Source of the DNA: a virus
Virus record (IMG/VR): IMGVR_UViG_3300046779_002065
Coordinates: 1-64,000 of that record
Length of the DNA stretch: 64,000 nucleotides
Direction: 5' to 3' (one strand)
Below are positions 16,442 through 25,788 of this stretch, piece by piece. A model generated the notes under the pieces. The model did no database searches. It saw nothing but the letters and a program-made list of their open reading frames with translations, and was not told where the DNA came from. The first letter of the stretch is position 1; each line of letters starts with the position of its first letter. A program made the position numbers and the translations under genes.

Positions 16442-18322
16442 ATGTTTAACGACGAAGAAGAAGAAAAACCCAAATTTCAAGATTGGTTCGGAAGAGCTGC
16501 CGAAGACGGCTATACCTTCCGTAACGATACCAACAAAGTGGTGGACTGGGAAACCAAACACCATAATTATTCTGACTTTTTATTGGGTAGTACCAATACA
16601 CCACAAGAAGCTGCCCGTTTGTTGAACTCTATGTTTAACATGATGGGTGTACACAAGAAAGAAAAAGTCACCGCAAGCTTGTCAAGTGCTGCCAATGGTG
16701 CAGGGATCTTGTTACCTGTTGACTTACTCAATGACGACCTTCACAAAGAAACACCACGTGGTGAGCGTTCTGATGCATTTCTAGGCGGAGCAATTCGCAA
16801 TGGTGCTATTAGTGCGTTTGAGAAAACACGAGTTGCTTCAGCTATTCAATCAGCTCGTTACGAGGCAGCAAAAGGTGAAGGTGTTACGCCGGCACAACGT
16901 ATCAAAGCGACTTTTGAAACTATCCTGCATGATGAACGTACTGACCGTAAGGTAGCTGAAAAGTTTCCGGGTTATTCCCGTTTCATCTCCAAGTACAAAC
17001 AATACAAGTTTGACAAATGCTACGAACCTAAGACGGAGTTTAAAAACGACGCTGAACAGTTCATGGATTTGCTGATGCGTATGATCCAGTATCCTGGAAC
17101 AGTAACCCAGGAAGAAGTGGAAAAGTTTGAACCCCACATCGAAGCTACGCGTGACATGATGAATCACTATGGAGGAATTCCAGAAGGGTTTACAGAGACG
17201 CAAATGCTCAGTGATCGCATGGCAACCTACATCATCAACATGCTTCCTCCTCCTGAAGAAGAACCACCTGGTGGTGGCGGAGGTGGTGGTGAAGGCGAAG
17301 GTGAAGGTGAAGGTGGTGGTGGAGGTACTCCTCCTCCTGCAGGTTCCAGTCTTGAAGAGATGATGGAATCATTGGGTGAAGCTGCTAAATCTATGGCGGA
17401 AACCATGCTTTCTGAAGAAGAGTCTCACTCTTCAGAATCTTCTGAGATCATGAAAAACATGGAATCCGAGATGGAAGAAGGCGGTCGTGTCACGTCTGAC
17501 GAAGGTACCAGCAACGGTAAAGTGTACTGGACAAAAGCAAAAGATGAAAAACCAGCTTACCTGTCAAGTCTTGACAGAATCGACCGTGCTAAAGCAAACA
17601 CCGTGGCAAATTTACTCAAGCGTAAATCTCGTGACTTTAAATTTTCCATCAAAGGTATGCGTTCTGGTCGCCTGGACACCAATAAACTGGTAGAAGCTCG
17701 CCAGCACGTTCCTACCGTGTATGAACGTATGGGTGAAGTCAAGACCGACAAACTTGCCGTATGCATTCTTATCGACGAATCTGGATCCATGGGTGGTAGT
17801 AAGATTGACAAAGCTAAACAAGCTGCCATCTTCCTGAACGAAGCATTCGGAAAACAACCCGATGTAGAGTTGTTCATTTATGGTCACACTGCCGATCACA
17901 ACCAAAGTTCCGGTGGTACTGAAATGATGGTTTACCGTGAACCCGGACATAAGTTTCGCTATTCACTTGGTAATGTTGCTGCCCGATCTAACAACCGCGA
18001 TGGTCATGCAATTATCGAGACTGCCAAACGTGTACGTACGTTCACCCAAAATCCGGTAGTAATGATTGTCATCTCAGATGGTCAACCAGCTGCTTCTGGA
18101 TATGGCGGTTACATTGGTATGGAACATACCCGTAAGATGGTTCTTAAAGCGGAAGGACTTGGTATGCAGGTAATCCAGGTAGCAATTGACTCCGTAGCCT
18201 CCGAGAAGATGTTCAAGAACTTCGTAGTAATGAAGAACATGAGCACGTTTCCGAACGACTTGGTCAATTTTCTAAAAGTTCGTGTCAACAAGAACATTAA
18301 GGAACACGTCACTATTGCCTAA
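16442..18322 (+). CDS. von Willebrand factor A domain protein (CobT/NorD-like partner)
   Basis: MIDAS LIDESGSM, SGRLD, NRDG, VISDGQP; Gly/Glu-rich linker; ATG at 16442. Confidence 0.88.
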   Translation: MFNDEEEEKPKFQDWFGRAAEDGYTFRNDTNKVVDWETKHHNYSDFLLGSTNTPQEAARLLNSMFNMMGVHKKEKVTASLSSAANGAGILLPVDLLNDDLHKETPRGERSDAFLGGAIRNGAISAFEKTRVASAIQSARYEAAKGEGVTPAQRIKATFETILHDERTDRKVAEKFPGYSRFISKYKQYKFDKCYEPKTEFKNDAEQFMDLLMRMIQYPGTVTQEEVEKFEPHIEATRDMMNHYGGIPEGFTETQMLSDRMATYIINMLPPPEEEPPGGGGGGGEGEGEGEGGGGGTPPPAGSSLEEMMESLGEAAKSMAETMLSEEESHSSESSEIMKNMESEMEEGGRVTSDEGTSNGKVYWTKAKDEKPAYLSSLDRIDRAKANTVANLLKRKSRDFKFSIKGMRSGRLDTNKLVEARQHVPTVYERMGEVKTDKLAVCILIDESGSMGGSKIDKAKQAAIFLNEAFGKQPDVELFIYGHTADHNQSSGGTEMMVYREPGHKFRYSLGNVAARSNNRDGHAIIETAKRVRTFTQNPVVMIVISDGQPAASGYGGYIGMEHTRKMVLKAEGLGMQVIQVAIDSVASEKMFKNFVVMKNMSTFPNDLVNFLKVRVNKNIKEHVTIA

Positions 18323-18327
18323 ACCCT

Positions 18328-18354
18328 GACCCCGGGGGTTAATCCGGGGTTTTT
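18328..18354 (+). terminator. intrinsic terminator
   Basis: ACCCCGG..CCGGGGT followed by TTTT. Confidence 0.65.
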
Positions 18355-18360
18355 AACCTT

Positions 18361-18774
18361 ATGAAAAGACTATTAATCATAGCATTTGTACTGTTCAGTG
18401 TTGTTCAGTCTCATGCGCAAACCGTTTACGGTATTGTAAACAGTATGGAGTTTTATAAAGAAGACATGGCAGGTCAGTATCACCTCTCTGAAGAATTTGA
18501 CAACATGGTCAACACGTACTTCTCTGCTTCTCCAGGCGAATTTGAATTACGCGTTGCCAATGAAACGTTCACCTACAAAGTAACCAGTACAATGCGCCGT
18601 GACCTTCAACAAGGAGTGTATTCATACTGGTGGAAAGTGGACGTTTACCGTAACCATAAATACATGGGATACGGTGCTGACTTAATGATGTTTCACCCCG
18701 ATGGGAGTAAGACATTCAGTATTACAATCATGGACAACAGCGGAAAGCTGCGTGCCGAACTAACAAGTTATTAA
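18361..18774 (+). CDS. secreted hypothetical protein
   Basis: Signal peptide MKRLLIIAFVLFSVVQSHA|Q. Confidence 0.7.
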   Translation: MKRLLIIAFVLFSVVQSHAQTVYGIVNSMEFYKEDMAGQYHLSEEFDNMVNTYFSASPGEFELRVANETFTYKVTSTMRRDLQQGVYSYWWKVDVYRNHKYMGYGADLMMFHPDGSKTFSITIMDNSGKLRAELTSY

Positions 18775-18777
18775 ATC

Positions 18778-19275
18778 ATGTTTAAAAGAATCACCACTAT
18801 TGACAAAAATTTAACTATAAAACAAAATCGTGACTATAGTAAAATTTTTGCTCTATCAATGCTGCTGAATGTAGTGTTGATTGGAATCGTTATCCTCCAG
18901 GAAATTGAAGTCAAGCATCACTACCAAAAAGTAGTCGTAGAGAAACTGGTGGATGATATCGCTTTAACAGACAGTGCAATCACTGCTGAGTTGGTTCAAC
19001 TCGGTTGTGTCCTACCAAACGTCGCACTCGCTCAAATGAAGATCGAGTCCTCACACTTTACCAGCAAGATTTGTAAAGAGAACAAAAACATTGCAGGCAT
19101 CAAGACTTCCAAGTCTGAATTTGTCATCGGTAAAAGACATGACCATTGTGTCTATTCGACATACCGTGACTGCCTTAAGGACTTTGTACGTATTCAAAAC
19201 CGATACTTAAAAAACATCGACGGTAGGTACGCTGAGTCTAAAGATTACATTGACATTATAAAAGCAATCAAGTGA
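18778..19275 (+). CDS. membrane-anchored glucosaminidase (GH73/Bax-like)
   Basis: TM segment then ALAQMKIESS..NNIAGIK-like motif..RYAE. Confidence 0.7.
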   Translation: MFKRITTIDKNLTIKQNRDYSKIFALSMLLNVVLIGIVILQEIEVKHHYQKVVVEKLVDDIALTDSAITAELVQLGCVLPNVALAQMKIESSHFTSKICKENKNIAGIKTSKSEFVIGKRHDHCVYSTYRDCLKDFVRIQNRYLKNIDGRYAESKDYIDIIKAIK

Positions 19276-19838
19276 AAAAAGCAACCCCGGAAATGCTTGC
19301 TGAGTTTAAAGAAACGATGCAACACTTTATCAGTAAAATCATCACCGATCAAGGTGGTTTACAACCCTTGGGTGCAGTCATGCTGCACGACAAATCAACT
19401 GACGCAATGGAACTTGGATTTATTCCTGTTCCAGGAGATCTGCTTAAAGACTCTGACAGTAAGGACACTCTTGCTAAAAACGTGTTTCCATCGGTATTTA
19501 AAACAATGGAACACGGTGACTTTAAAGAGATCGTAATTTTTGCATTTGCAACAGAAATCTGGATTCGTGAAACAAAATCACCCACTATACAAGATAACTG
19601 GAAAGACCTTCCGAAAAAAGAAGGAGTAATGATCCAGATTGAAACTGAATCTGAAACTGACATGATCATCAAATTAGTGAATCGTGAGGGTCAGGTGGTA
19701 AACACAGATGGTGAATTAATTGACCAGGTTGTCCTGGAAGATCATCCCGGCTATTCTGGTGCAATGAATGCTACAACCGGAAAAACTGAAGGACGTTTCG
19801 CACGAATCCTTCGCGACTACAAGCAAAACAAACATTAA
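19272..19838 (+). CDS. hypothetical protein
   Basis: 188-aa ORF. Confidence 0.7.
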   Translation: MKKATPEMLAEFKETMQHFISKIITDQGGLQPLGAVMLHDKSTDAMELGFIPVPGDLLKDSDSKDTLAKNVFPSVFKTMEHGDFKEIVIFAFATEIWIRETKSPTIQDNWKDLPKKEGVMIQIETESETDMIIKLVNREGQVVNTDGELIDQVVLEDHPGYSGAMNATTGKTEGRFARILRDYKQNKH

Positions 19839-19880
19839 CTGGTATGGTACACGTACGGGGTTCGACTCCCCGTACCAGTT
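19837..19880 (+). ncRNA. tRNA minihelix-like element H (acceptor stem and T-arm only)
   Basis: AACTGGTA/TACCAGTT enclosing CGGGG-TTCGACT-CCCCG. Confidence 0.5.
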
Positions 19881-19896
19881 CTAAAAATTAAACCCT

Positions 19897-20106
19897 ATGA
19901 CATTTCAAGAATTTAACGCAGAAGGTTCTACAGGTCCAGAACCAGAAGACATGCTCTTCAGAAGTTACACAACCGGACCAGATGGTGCTCACTATGAGTT
20001 ATTTAAAGAGACCCATCACACTGACGAACACATCAAAAAAGCTAAAAGTTACATCCGTAACAATTTTGATCCAGTATCCATTCACTTAATTAACGAAACC
20101 GCCTAA
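19897..20106 (+). CDS. hypothetical protein
   Basis: TAATG coupling to next gene. Confidence 0.6.
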   Translation: MTFQEFNAEGSTGPEPEDMLFRSYTTGPDGAHYELFKETHHTDEHIKKAKSYIRNNFDPVSIHLINETA

Positions 20107-20744
20107 TGGGATATCGCAATTACCTCGGAACGCTGCCGAAAGCAGACTACGAGACTATCAAAGACATGACTCTAGAAGAGTTTTACAAACACAAAGGGTA
20201 CACATACCACGAAGATCCAGATGAACTTGAGGACTGGGTATCACACCGTGATGTGGTAAAAACTGAATTAGTCGAACTGGGTAAGGATGTCGACTCTTTC
20301 GATAAGAAATTCTTCACTCCTTTCTTTTCTGATGCAAAACTGAATAAGCAGTTTGACAACAGTGATACTCAGTTTGTCAAGGTAGAGAAAGAGTTCTTGG
20401 CGGAACTGATTGAGTACTACGCCAAGAAGGTCCGGTCTTACTACCAAAAAATACTAGAACCATTTAAGAATCCAAGCGGTGAGTACAAACCAGACTTCTT
20501 AAATGAGTTGGTCCTCAATGACAGCTCTAAAGCTGGAGTCCTTGGACTGTTCAGACATGTTCAGGATATGGCAGGTGAGTGGGGTATCGGTGGATATCTT
20601 GGTGAAGAACAACGTCCTTACTCACTGGATCCCGAACGGGAAATGATCAGCAGCTGGAAGTTTGAACACTCAATCTTTCAGATGGTCAGTATCTACCGAA
20701 ACTTTGATTTCGAAAACAATGTACTAATCTACTACGGACACTAA
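20106..20744 (+). CDS. hypothetical protein
   Basis: 212-aa ORF, coupled on both sides. Confidence 0.75.
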   Translation: MGYRNYLGTLPKADYETIKDMTLEEFYKHKGYTYHEDPDELEDWVSHRDVVKTELVELGKDVDSFDKKFFTPFFSDAKLNKQFDNSDTQFVKVEKEFLAELIEYYAKKVRSYYQKILEPFKNPSGEYKPDFLNELVLNDSSKAGVLGLFRHVQDMAGEWGIGGYLGEEQRPYSLDPEREMISSWKFEHSIFQMVSIYRNFDFENNVLIYYGH

Positions 20745-21751
20745 TGAACAACTTAGATAAATCTTATCAGAACTTGCTACAAGATATCCTCGATAACGGG
20801 GTAACCAAGCAGGACCGTACCGGTACAGGAACAATTTCTGTATTCGGTCGACAAATCCGTCACAAGATGAGCGATGGGTTTCCGTTGCTGACTACTAAAA
20901 AGATGGCGTGGAAACAAATTGTTACCGAACTGATCTGGTTTCTCCGTGGTGACACCAACATCAAGTTTCTGGTCGACAACAACTGCAACATCTGGAACGG
21001 TGATGCGTACAAAGAGTACCGTCGTTTTAGAACCAAAAATGATGATGCATACTCTATGGAGGAGTTTGTCGAAAAGATCAAGACTGATGATGCCTTTGCG
21101 AGTGTGTATGGTAAATTGGGTCCTATATACGGTCAACAGTGGAGAAACTGGGGTACAAGACATGGACACAGTAACGTGGATCAAATTGCAACGCTGATCA
21201 AAGACCTCAAGAAGAATCCGGATTCCCGACGCCTCATGGTGTCTGCCTGGAATGTGGGTGATCTCCAGGACATGGTGTTACCACCGTGTCACTACGGGTT
21301 TCAGTTGTACACCAGGGAGTTGAGTTGGGGTGAAAGAACTGATATTTATTATACAAAATATCCAGTGGGTACTGATGATATTAAGTCTGATAAATATTAT
21401 GATGAATTACACATCCCTACTCGAGCAATTTCTCTAATGTGGAATCAGCGCAGTGTCGACACGTTTCTCGGTCTCCCGTTTAACATTGCATCGTACGGTC
21501 TTCTCCTGGAAATCATCGCCAAGCATGTTAACATGATTCCAGATGAACTCATCGGAAACCTTGGTGATACACACCTCTATTTGAACCACCTTGAGCAAGC
21601 CAAGATGCAGATCTACAGAGAGTCGTACGACTTACCTCAGATCCGTATCTCTTCAGGTCCGCTGGATGACATTGCTCATCACGAACTGAACGACTTCGAC
21701 TTGTTGAACTACAGTTCTCACCCTGCTATCAAAGCACCCCTTAGTAATTAA
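20744..21751 (+). CDS. thyA: thymidylate synthase
   Basis: DRTGTGT, FPLLTTKK, LGPIYGQQWR, LPPCH, QRSVD..LGLPFN, DTHLYLNH. Confidence 0.97.
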   Translation: MNNLDKSYQNLLQDILDNGVTKQDRTGTGTISVFGRQIRHKMSDGFPLLTTKKMAWKQIVTELIWFLRGDTNIKFLVDNNCNIWNGDAYKEYRRFRTKNDDAYSMEEFVEKIKTDDAFASVYGKLGPIYGQQWRNWGTRHGHSNVDQIATLIKDLKKNPDSRRLMVSAWNVGDLQDMVLPPCHYGFQLYTRELSWGERTDIYYTKYPVGTDDIKSDKYYDELHIPTRAISLMWNQRSVDTFLGLPFNIASYGLLLEIIAKHVNMIPDELIGNLGDTHLYLNHLEQAKMQIYRESYDLPQIRISSGPLDDIAHHELNDFDLLNYSSHPAIKAPLSN

Positions 21752-22239
21752 TGTTTAACCTGAACAAACCTTTTATTATTGAGAATCAAAATCCTGACAT
21801 GTGTGGTCCTTGCGGAGGTAAATGCTGCAAGACCATGCCAGGTATCGTGCATCCCGATGATATCGAGATGAGCGAAGAACATTTGACAACCCTGATTACT
21901 GAAAAAGGTTATCAGATTGACTGTTGGGAAAACAATCCGTTTGACGATGGTCGTGAAATCGGACAGGTGTTTTACCTGCGTCCGCAAACGATCAAAGCAA
22001 GAAACCAAGTATTTGATTTTAGCTGGGGTGGACAATGTGTATTTCTTGGAGACACTGGTTGTGCACTCAGCTGGGGAGAACGACCTGCACAGTGTAGAGC
22101 ACTGGTTCCCAAAGCGAACCGCATGTGCAGTTTTGACGATCCTAAATTTTCAAAGCAAGAACTTGCAAAAGCTTGGTTTCCCCACAGTGAATTCCTACGC
22201 AACGTAGGACGTAAAATTGATTTAGAACAAAACCCATGA
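21751..22239 (+). CDS. YkgJ-family Cys-cluster (Fe-S/Zn) protein
   Basis: CGPCGGKCC..CVFL..C..RPAQCR. Confidence 0.75.
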   Translation: MFNLNKPFIIENQNPDMCGPCGGKCCKTMPGIVHPDDIEMSEEHLTTLITEKGYQIDCWENNPFDDGREIGQVFYLRPQTIKARNQVFDFSWGGQCVFLGDTGCALSWGERPAQCRALVPKANRMCSFDDPKFSKQELAKAWFPHSEFLRNVGRKIDLEQNP

Positions 22240-22475
22240 AAAAACTATTAATCGCGCTGTTGGTGATCGGAATGACATCATGCGTATCAGACTATGACAG
22301 ACTTGAAGATGCTAAGAAAAAGTATCCTCATGCTATTGTAACACCTTCTACCAGCATCTTATCTAACCAAGGTTATGAGATTACGGTAGAAGACACTATT
22401 ACCAAACAGATCTATGCAATCTCGTACTATCCTGGGAGCAGTACCAGAATTGCAAACATCAGAAACATTCGTTAA
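22236..22475 (+). CDS. putative lipoprotein
   Basis: MKKLLIALLVIGMTSC. Confidence 0.6.
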   Translation: MKKLLIALLVIGMTSCVSDYDRLEDAKKKYPHAIVTPSTSILSNQGYEITVEDTITKQIYAISYYPGSSTRIANIRNIR

Positions 22476-23350
22476 TGGAAAAGAAACCCCTTGTAGAAGA
22501 TGTGGTGCGCAAGTCTATGTTGATTCGTCTAAGTGGGCGGTCGACAGACTTTATCGCACCCAGCTTCGGGTACGGTTGTCTGTACAATTGTACGTATTGC
22601 TACATGAAGCGTCATCTCCCGGAAGGACTAAGCGTTGCTAAGAACCACTGGGAAATACTGACAATGATTAACAATCACTCGCATTTTGCAGTAGTTGACA
22701 AACCTAATCAGACGGATGATACATTTATCACGTATGATATTTCTTGCAATGAAGACTTTGCACTGCATGCCAAGTACCACAAGTGGGAAGAAATCTTTGA
22801 GTTCTTTGCTGGTCATGCACACGCTAAAGCATCTTTTGCTACCAAGTATGTGAACCCTGAATTTCTAAAGTTCAATCCGGACCGCAAAGTGCGTATTCGA
22901 TTCTCTCTCATGCCGCAGGATTTAAGTACCATATTGGAACCTGGAACTAGTAGTATCTATGACCGTATTGAAGCAATCAATGAGTTCATTGAAGCAGGGT
23001 ATGATGTACATATTAATTTTTCACCAGTGATTGTAAGTCCAGGTTGGTTAAGAAGGTATGAGTATTTGTTTAAGGACATTGATAGAATTGTTAAAACTGA
23101 ACACAAATCTCACGTAAAATGCGAGGTTATCTTCCTTACACATAACAAAGCAAAACACGAGTACAACATCAAGCATGATTTACCTGGTGAGTATCTCCTG
23201 TGGAAACCTGAAATCCAGGAGGATAAAATCAGTCAGTACGGTGGTAAAAACCTGCGGTACAGAGCAGGTTTTAAAAAAGAGTGTATTGAAAAATTTGAAG
23301 GACTTAAAAACAGCATCCTTCCGTGGTGCACAACGCGATATATATTCTGA
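22475..23350 (+). CDS. spore photoproduct lyase-like radical SAM protein
   Basis: GCLYNCTYCY (CX3CX2C), FATK, RIRFSLMP, RIEAIN..GY..NFSPVI. Confidence 0.8.
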   Translation: MEKKPLVEDVVRKSMLIRLSGRSTDFIAPSFGYGCLYNCTYCYMKRHLPEGLSVAKNHWEILTMINNHSHFAVVDKPNQTDDTFITYDISCNEDFALHAKYHKWEEIFEFFAGHAHAKASFATKYVNPEFLKFNPDRKVRIRFSLMPQDLSTILEPGTSSIYDRIEAINEFIEAGYDVHINFSPVIVSPGWLRRYEYLFKDIDRIVKTEHKSHVKCEVIFLTHNKAKHEYNIKHDLPGEYLLWKPEIQEDKISQYGGKNLRYRAGFKKECIEKFEGLKNSILPWCTTRYIF

Positions 23351-24078
23351 TGAAAACTATATTTATAGGAGACATACATGGTCGTGATATCTGGAAAGAT
23401 ATTGTCTCACAAGAAAAACCCGACCGCGTCATCTTTATCGGTGACTATTTCGATTCCTTTGACATTCGTGGTCCAAAACAGATTGAAAACTTCAAAGACA
23501 TCATTGCTTTTAAAGAATCCGGACAATGTGAAGTAATCATGCTGATTGGAAACCACGACATCCACTACACTCCTGGATTCCCATCTCAATACAGCGGATA
23601 CCAATCTAAGTACTCTTTGATGATCCGTCATCTGTTAGAGACTCACAAGGAACATTTGCAAATGGCGTATCAATTTGAAGATTTCTTATGTACCCACGCT
23701 GGTGTGAGTGTTGAATGGTTAGCAAAACAGGGGATGAGAACGGTAGAAACCTCTAAAATTGCAGAAATTGTAAATGACCTGTACAAGGAAGACCCTCGTC
23801 TGTTTGACCATAACGGTCCTAATCCTTACGGGGACAACACCTATCAGACACCTGTATGGATTCGCCCTGCAAGTTTGATAGCAATTAATCGTGATGTTTT
23901 AGAACCACACGTGGTACAAGTCGTTGGTCACACCGCTGTAAAGATTGACATTATCGAGCATGAGCTGACCAATGGTCGCTATCATTTCATTGACAAGCTG
24001 CACAACAATCATGGTCAATTCCTGATTTATGAAGACGGTGCAACAATCGTAGGAGAAATTAAACGTGAAAAAGTCTGA
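23350..24078 (+). CDS. calcineurin-like metallophosphoesterase
   Basis: GDIHG, GDYFD, GNHD, THAG, GHT. Confidence 0.9.
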   Translation: MKTIFIGDIHGRDIWKDIVSQEKPDRVIFIGDYFDSFDIRGPKQIENFKDIIAFKESGQCEVIMLIGNHDIHYTPGFPSQYSGYQSKYSLMIRHLLETHKEHLQMAYQFEDFLCTHAGVSVEWLAKQGMRTVETSKIAEIVNDLYKEDPRLFDHNGPNPYGDNTYQTPVWIRPASLIAINRDVLEPHVVQVVGHTAVKIDIIEHELTNGRYHFIDKLHNNHGQFLIYEDGATIVGEIKREKV

Positions 24079-24361
24079 ACAACTAAAACAAGAGGCAGCA
24101 CAGGAAGATAACGACTTCCGTGCTATGTCTCTGATGAGCAAAGGTCTGCGTGAAGAACGCGCAGAAGATTTTGACGAACTGTATCTGCCTAAACTGGAAG
24201 CTCGTTACGACGTGTTGTTCCGGATCAACGGTAGTTATTCTATCAGTAGTACTCCCCATGGTGTACTGGATTTCTTCCCTAAAGCTAACAAGCTGTTAGT
24301 TCGCAAGGACAACAAGTGGATCAAACCAGGACTCAAATGGATAATTAACAATCTATTATGA
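24065..24361 (+). CDS. hypothetical protein
   Basis: 98-aa ORF in operon. Confidence 0.65.
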   Translation: MKKSEQLKQEAAQEDNDFRAMSLMSKGLREERAEDFDELYLPKLEARYDVLFRINGSYSISSTPHGVLDFFPKANKLLVRKDNKWIKPGLKWIINNLL

Positions 24362-24651
24362 AAAAACTAACAGCTGAAGATTTATTTAATCTAGAGTACG
24401 GAGACCGTGTCTACAGATTTAACGGTACAGACATGCATCCGTTTAGGTATGTTGGTAGAATGCCAAGTAGTCCAGAACAATACCTAATTTTTTCCGAGGG
24501 TGAGCATCTTACTCACTTATATATCCACACTGACGGAACACATCGGTATGAATGGTATGGAGGTGATTATGACACTGAATTTGCAGATTTATTAGCAATT
24601 GAACGACTCGAAAAAAAACTGGCAAAACTTAAAGAAAGAAGTAGCAAATGA
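24358..24651 (+). CDS. hypothetical protein
   Basis: ATGA coupling. Confidence 0.65.
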   Translation: MKKLTAEDLFNLEYGDRVYRFNGTDMHPFRYVGRMPSSPEQYLIFSEGEHLTHLYIHTDGTHRYEWYGGDYDTEFADLLAIERLEKKLAKLKERSSK

Positions 24652-25301
24652 AACACGAAATAATTTATACTCAATCAAACGCTTTTATTCTAACGGATGT
24701 CTTTGAAAATCAAACGCACTGTTGGCATCTCAAAAAGCAAGAAATACTGGAAGTCAAAGGAGTCGGTGAGTCTTCTGGAGAAATCCACCACGAAAAAGGG
24801 TGGAACAAACCAGAAGAAGTGTTGTTTATCGCAGCGCACAGACCCTTAAATGATATACCTGTACTTGAAGGAGTTCCTTTGTTGCCTGAGTTTAGTGAAG
24901 AAGAGGACGTTGAAGATTTAGCACTTGCATACGCATCATCAAAAGGTAATATAAACCCAGGTGGATATTCAGATAAACAAGTTGGACTCTTACATGGATT
25001 TATAGATGGATACAACAAAGCAAAAGAAACCTACAAGTATACTGAAGAGGATTTGATAAAAGCATTCAAAGCAGGTCATTCAGGAGCATTTGTAAAAGAA
25101 CATATAGTTCCTCATTACAATGAGTATATTCAATCTCTTCAACAACCAAAACGTCCTAAGTATTTTGAGTGTGAGATGGAAAAAGTATGGGTGCGAAATA
25201 CTGATAGAAATGCTCCAACATTAGATGATTTTGATACTATTGTAAAAACCATCACCAACTCACAAGGTCAAACAGAATTAGTAGGAGAATTCATTTACTA
25301 A
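24648..25301 (+). CDS. phage hypothetical protein
   Basis: 217-aa ORF, ATGA coupling. Confidence 0.7.
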   Translation: MKHEIIYTQSNAFILTDVFENQTHCWHLKKQEILEVKGVGESSGEIHHEKGWNKPEEVLFIAAHRPLNDIPVLEGVPLLPEFSEEEDVEDLALAYASSKGNINPGGYSDKQVGLLHGFIDGYNKAKETYKYTEEDLIKAFKAGHSGAFVKEHIVPHYNEYIQSLQQPKRPKYFECEMEKVWVRNTDRNAPTLDDFDTIVKTITNSQGQTELVGEFIY

Positions 25302-25302
25302 T

Positions 25303-25788
25303 ATGGCAGGCATCGTACGTTTTATCGCTGACCTGCATTTTGGTCACCAGAACATGGCAAAGCGTCGTGGTTTCGATACGGTCGAAGCACATGATGAGCA
25401 CATCATCCAGGAGTGGAACAAAGTTGTCGACAAGCGTGATGTCACCTATATCCTGGGTGATGTCACCATGGAAAAGAAAGAGCACTATCATTTGCTGGAC
25501 CGTCTCAACGGTATCAAGCATGTCGTACTCGGTAACCATGACCGTCGACAACACACCCGGGATTTGTTAAATCACGTAGAAAGCGTAGCAGGTATGATCC
25601 AGTACAAAGGATTCTTCCTCACGCACTGTCCGGTACATCCTATGGAGCTTACCTACAGAGATGTAAAAGGTAACATCCATGGACACATCCACGACAGTGA
25701 AGTTGGTGAACCTAAGTATTGGTGCGTATCCTGCGAACGTGTAGACTACAAACCAATTACTATAGAAAAACTAACTCATGGAACGTAA
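25303..25788 (+). CDS. calcineurin-like metallophosphoesterase
   Basis: ADLHFGH, LGD, GNHD, THCP, HGHIH. Confidence 0.9.
   Translation: MAGIVRFIADLHFGHQNMAKRRGFDTVEAHDEHIIQEWNKVVDKRDVTYILGDVTMEKKEHYHLLDRLNGIKHVVLGNHDRRQHTRDLLNHVESVAGMIQYKGFFLTHCPVHPMELTYRDVKGNIHGHIHDSEVGEPKYWCVSCERVDYKPITIEKLTHGT

Noticed and set aside
17245-17340. GGT/GAAGGT microsatellite
   Set aside because: Simply encodes the Gly/Glu linker of the vWA protein
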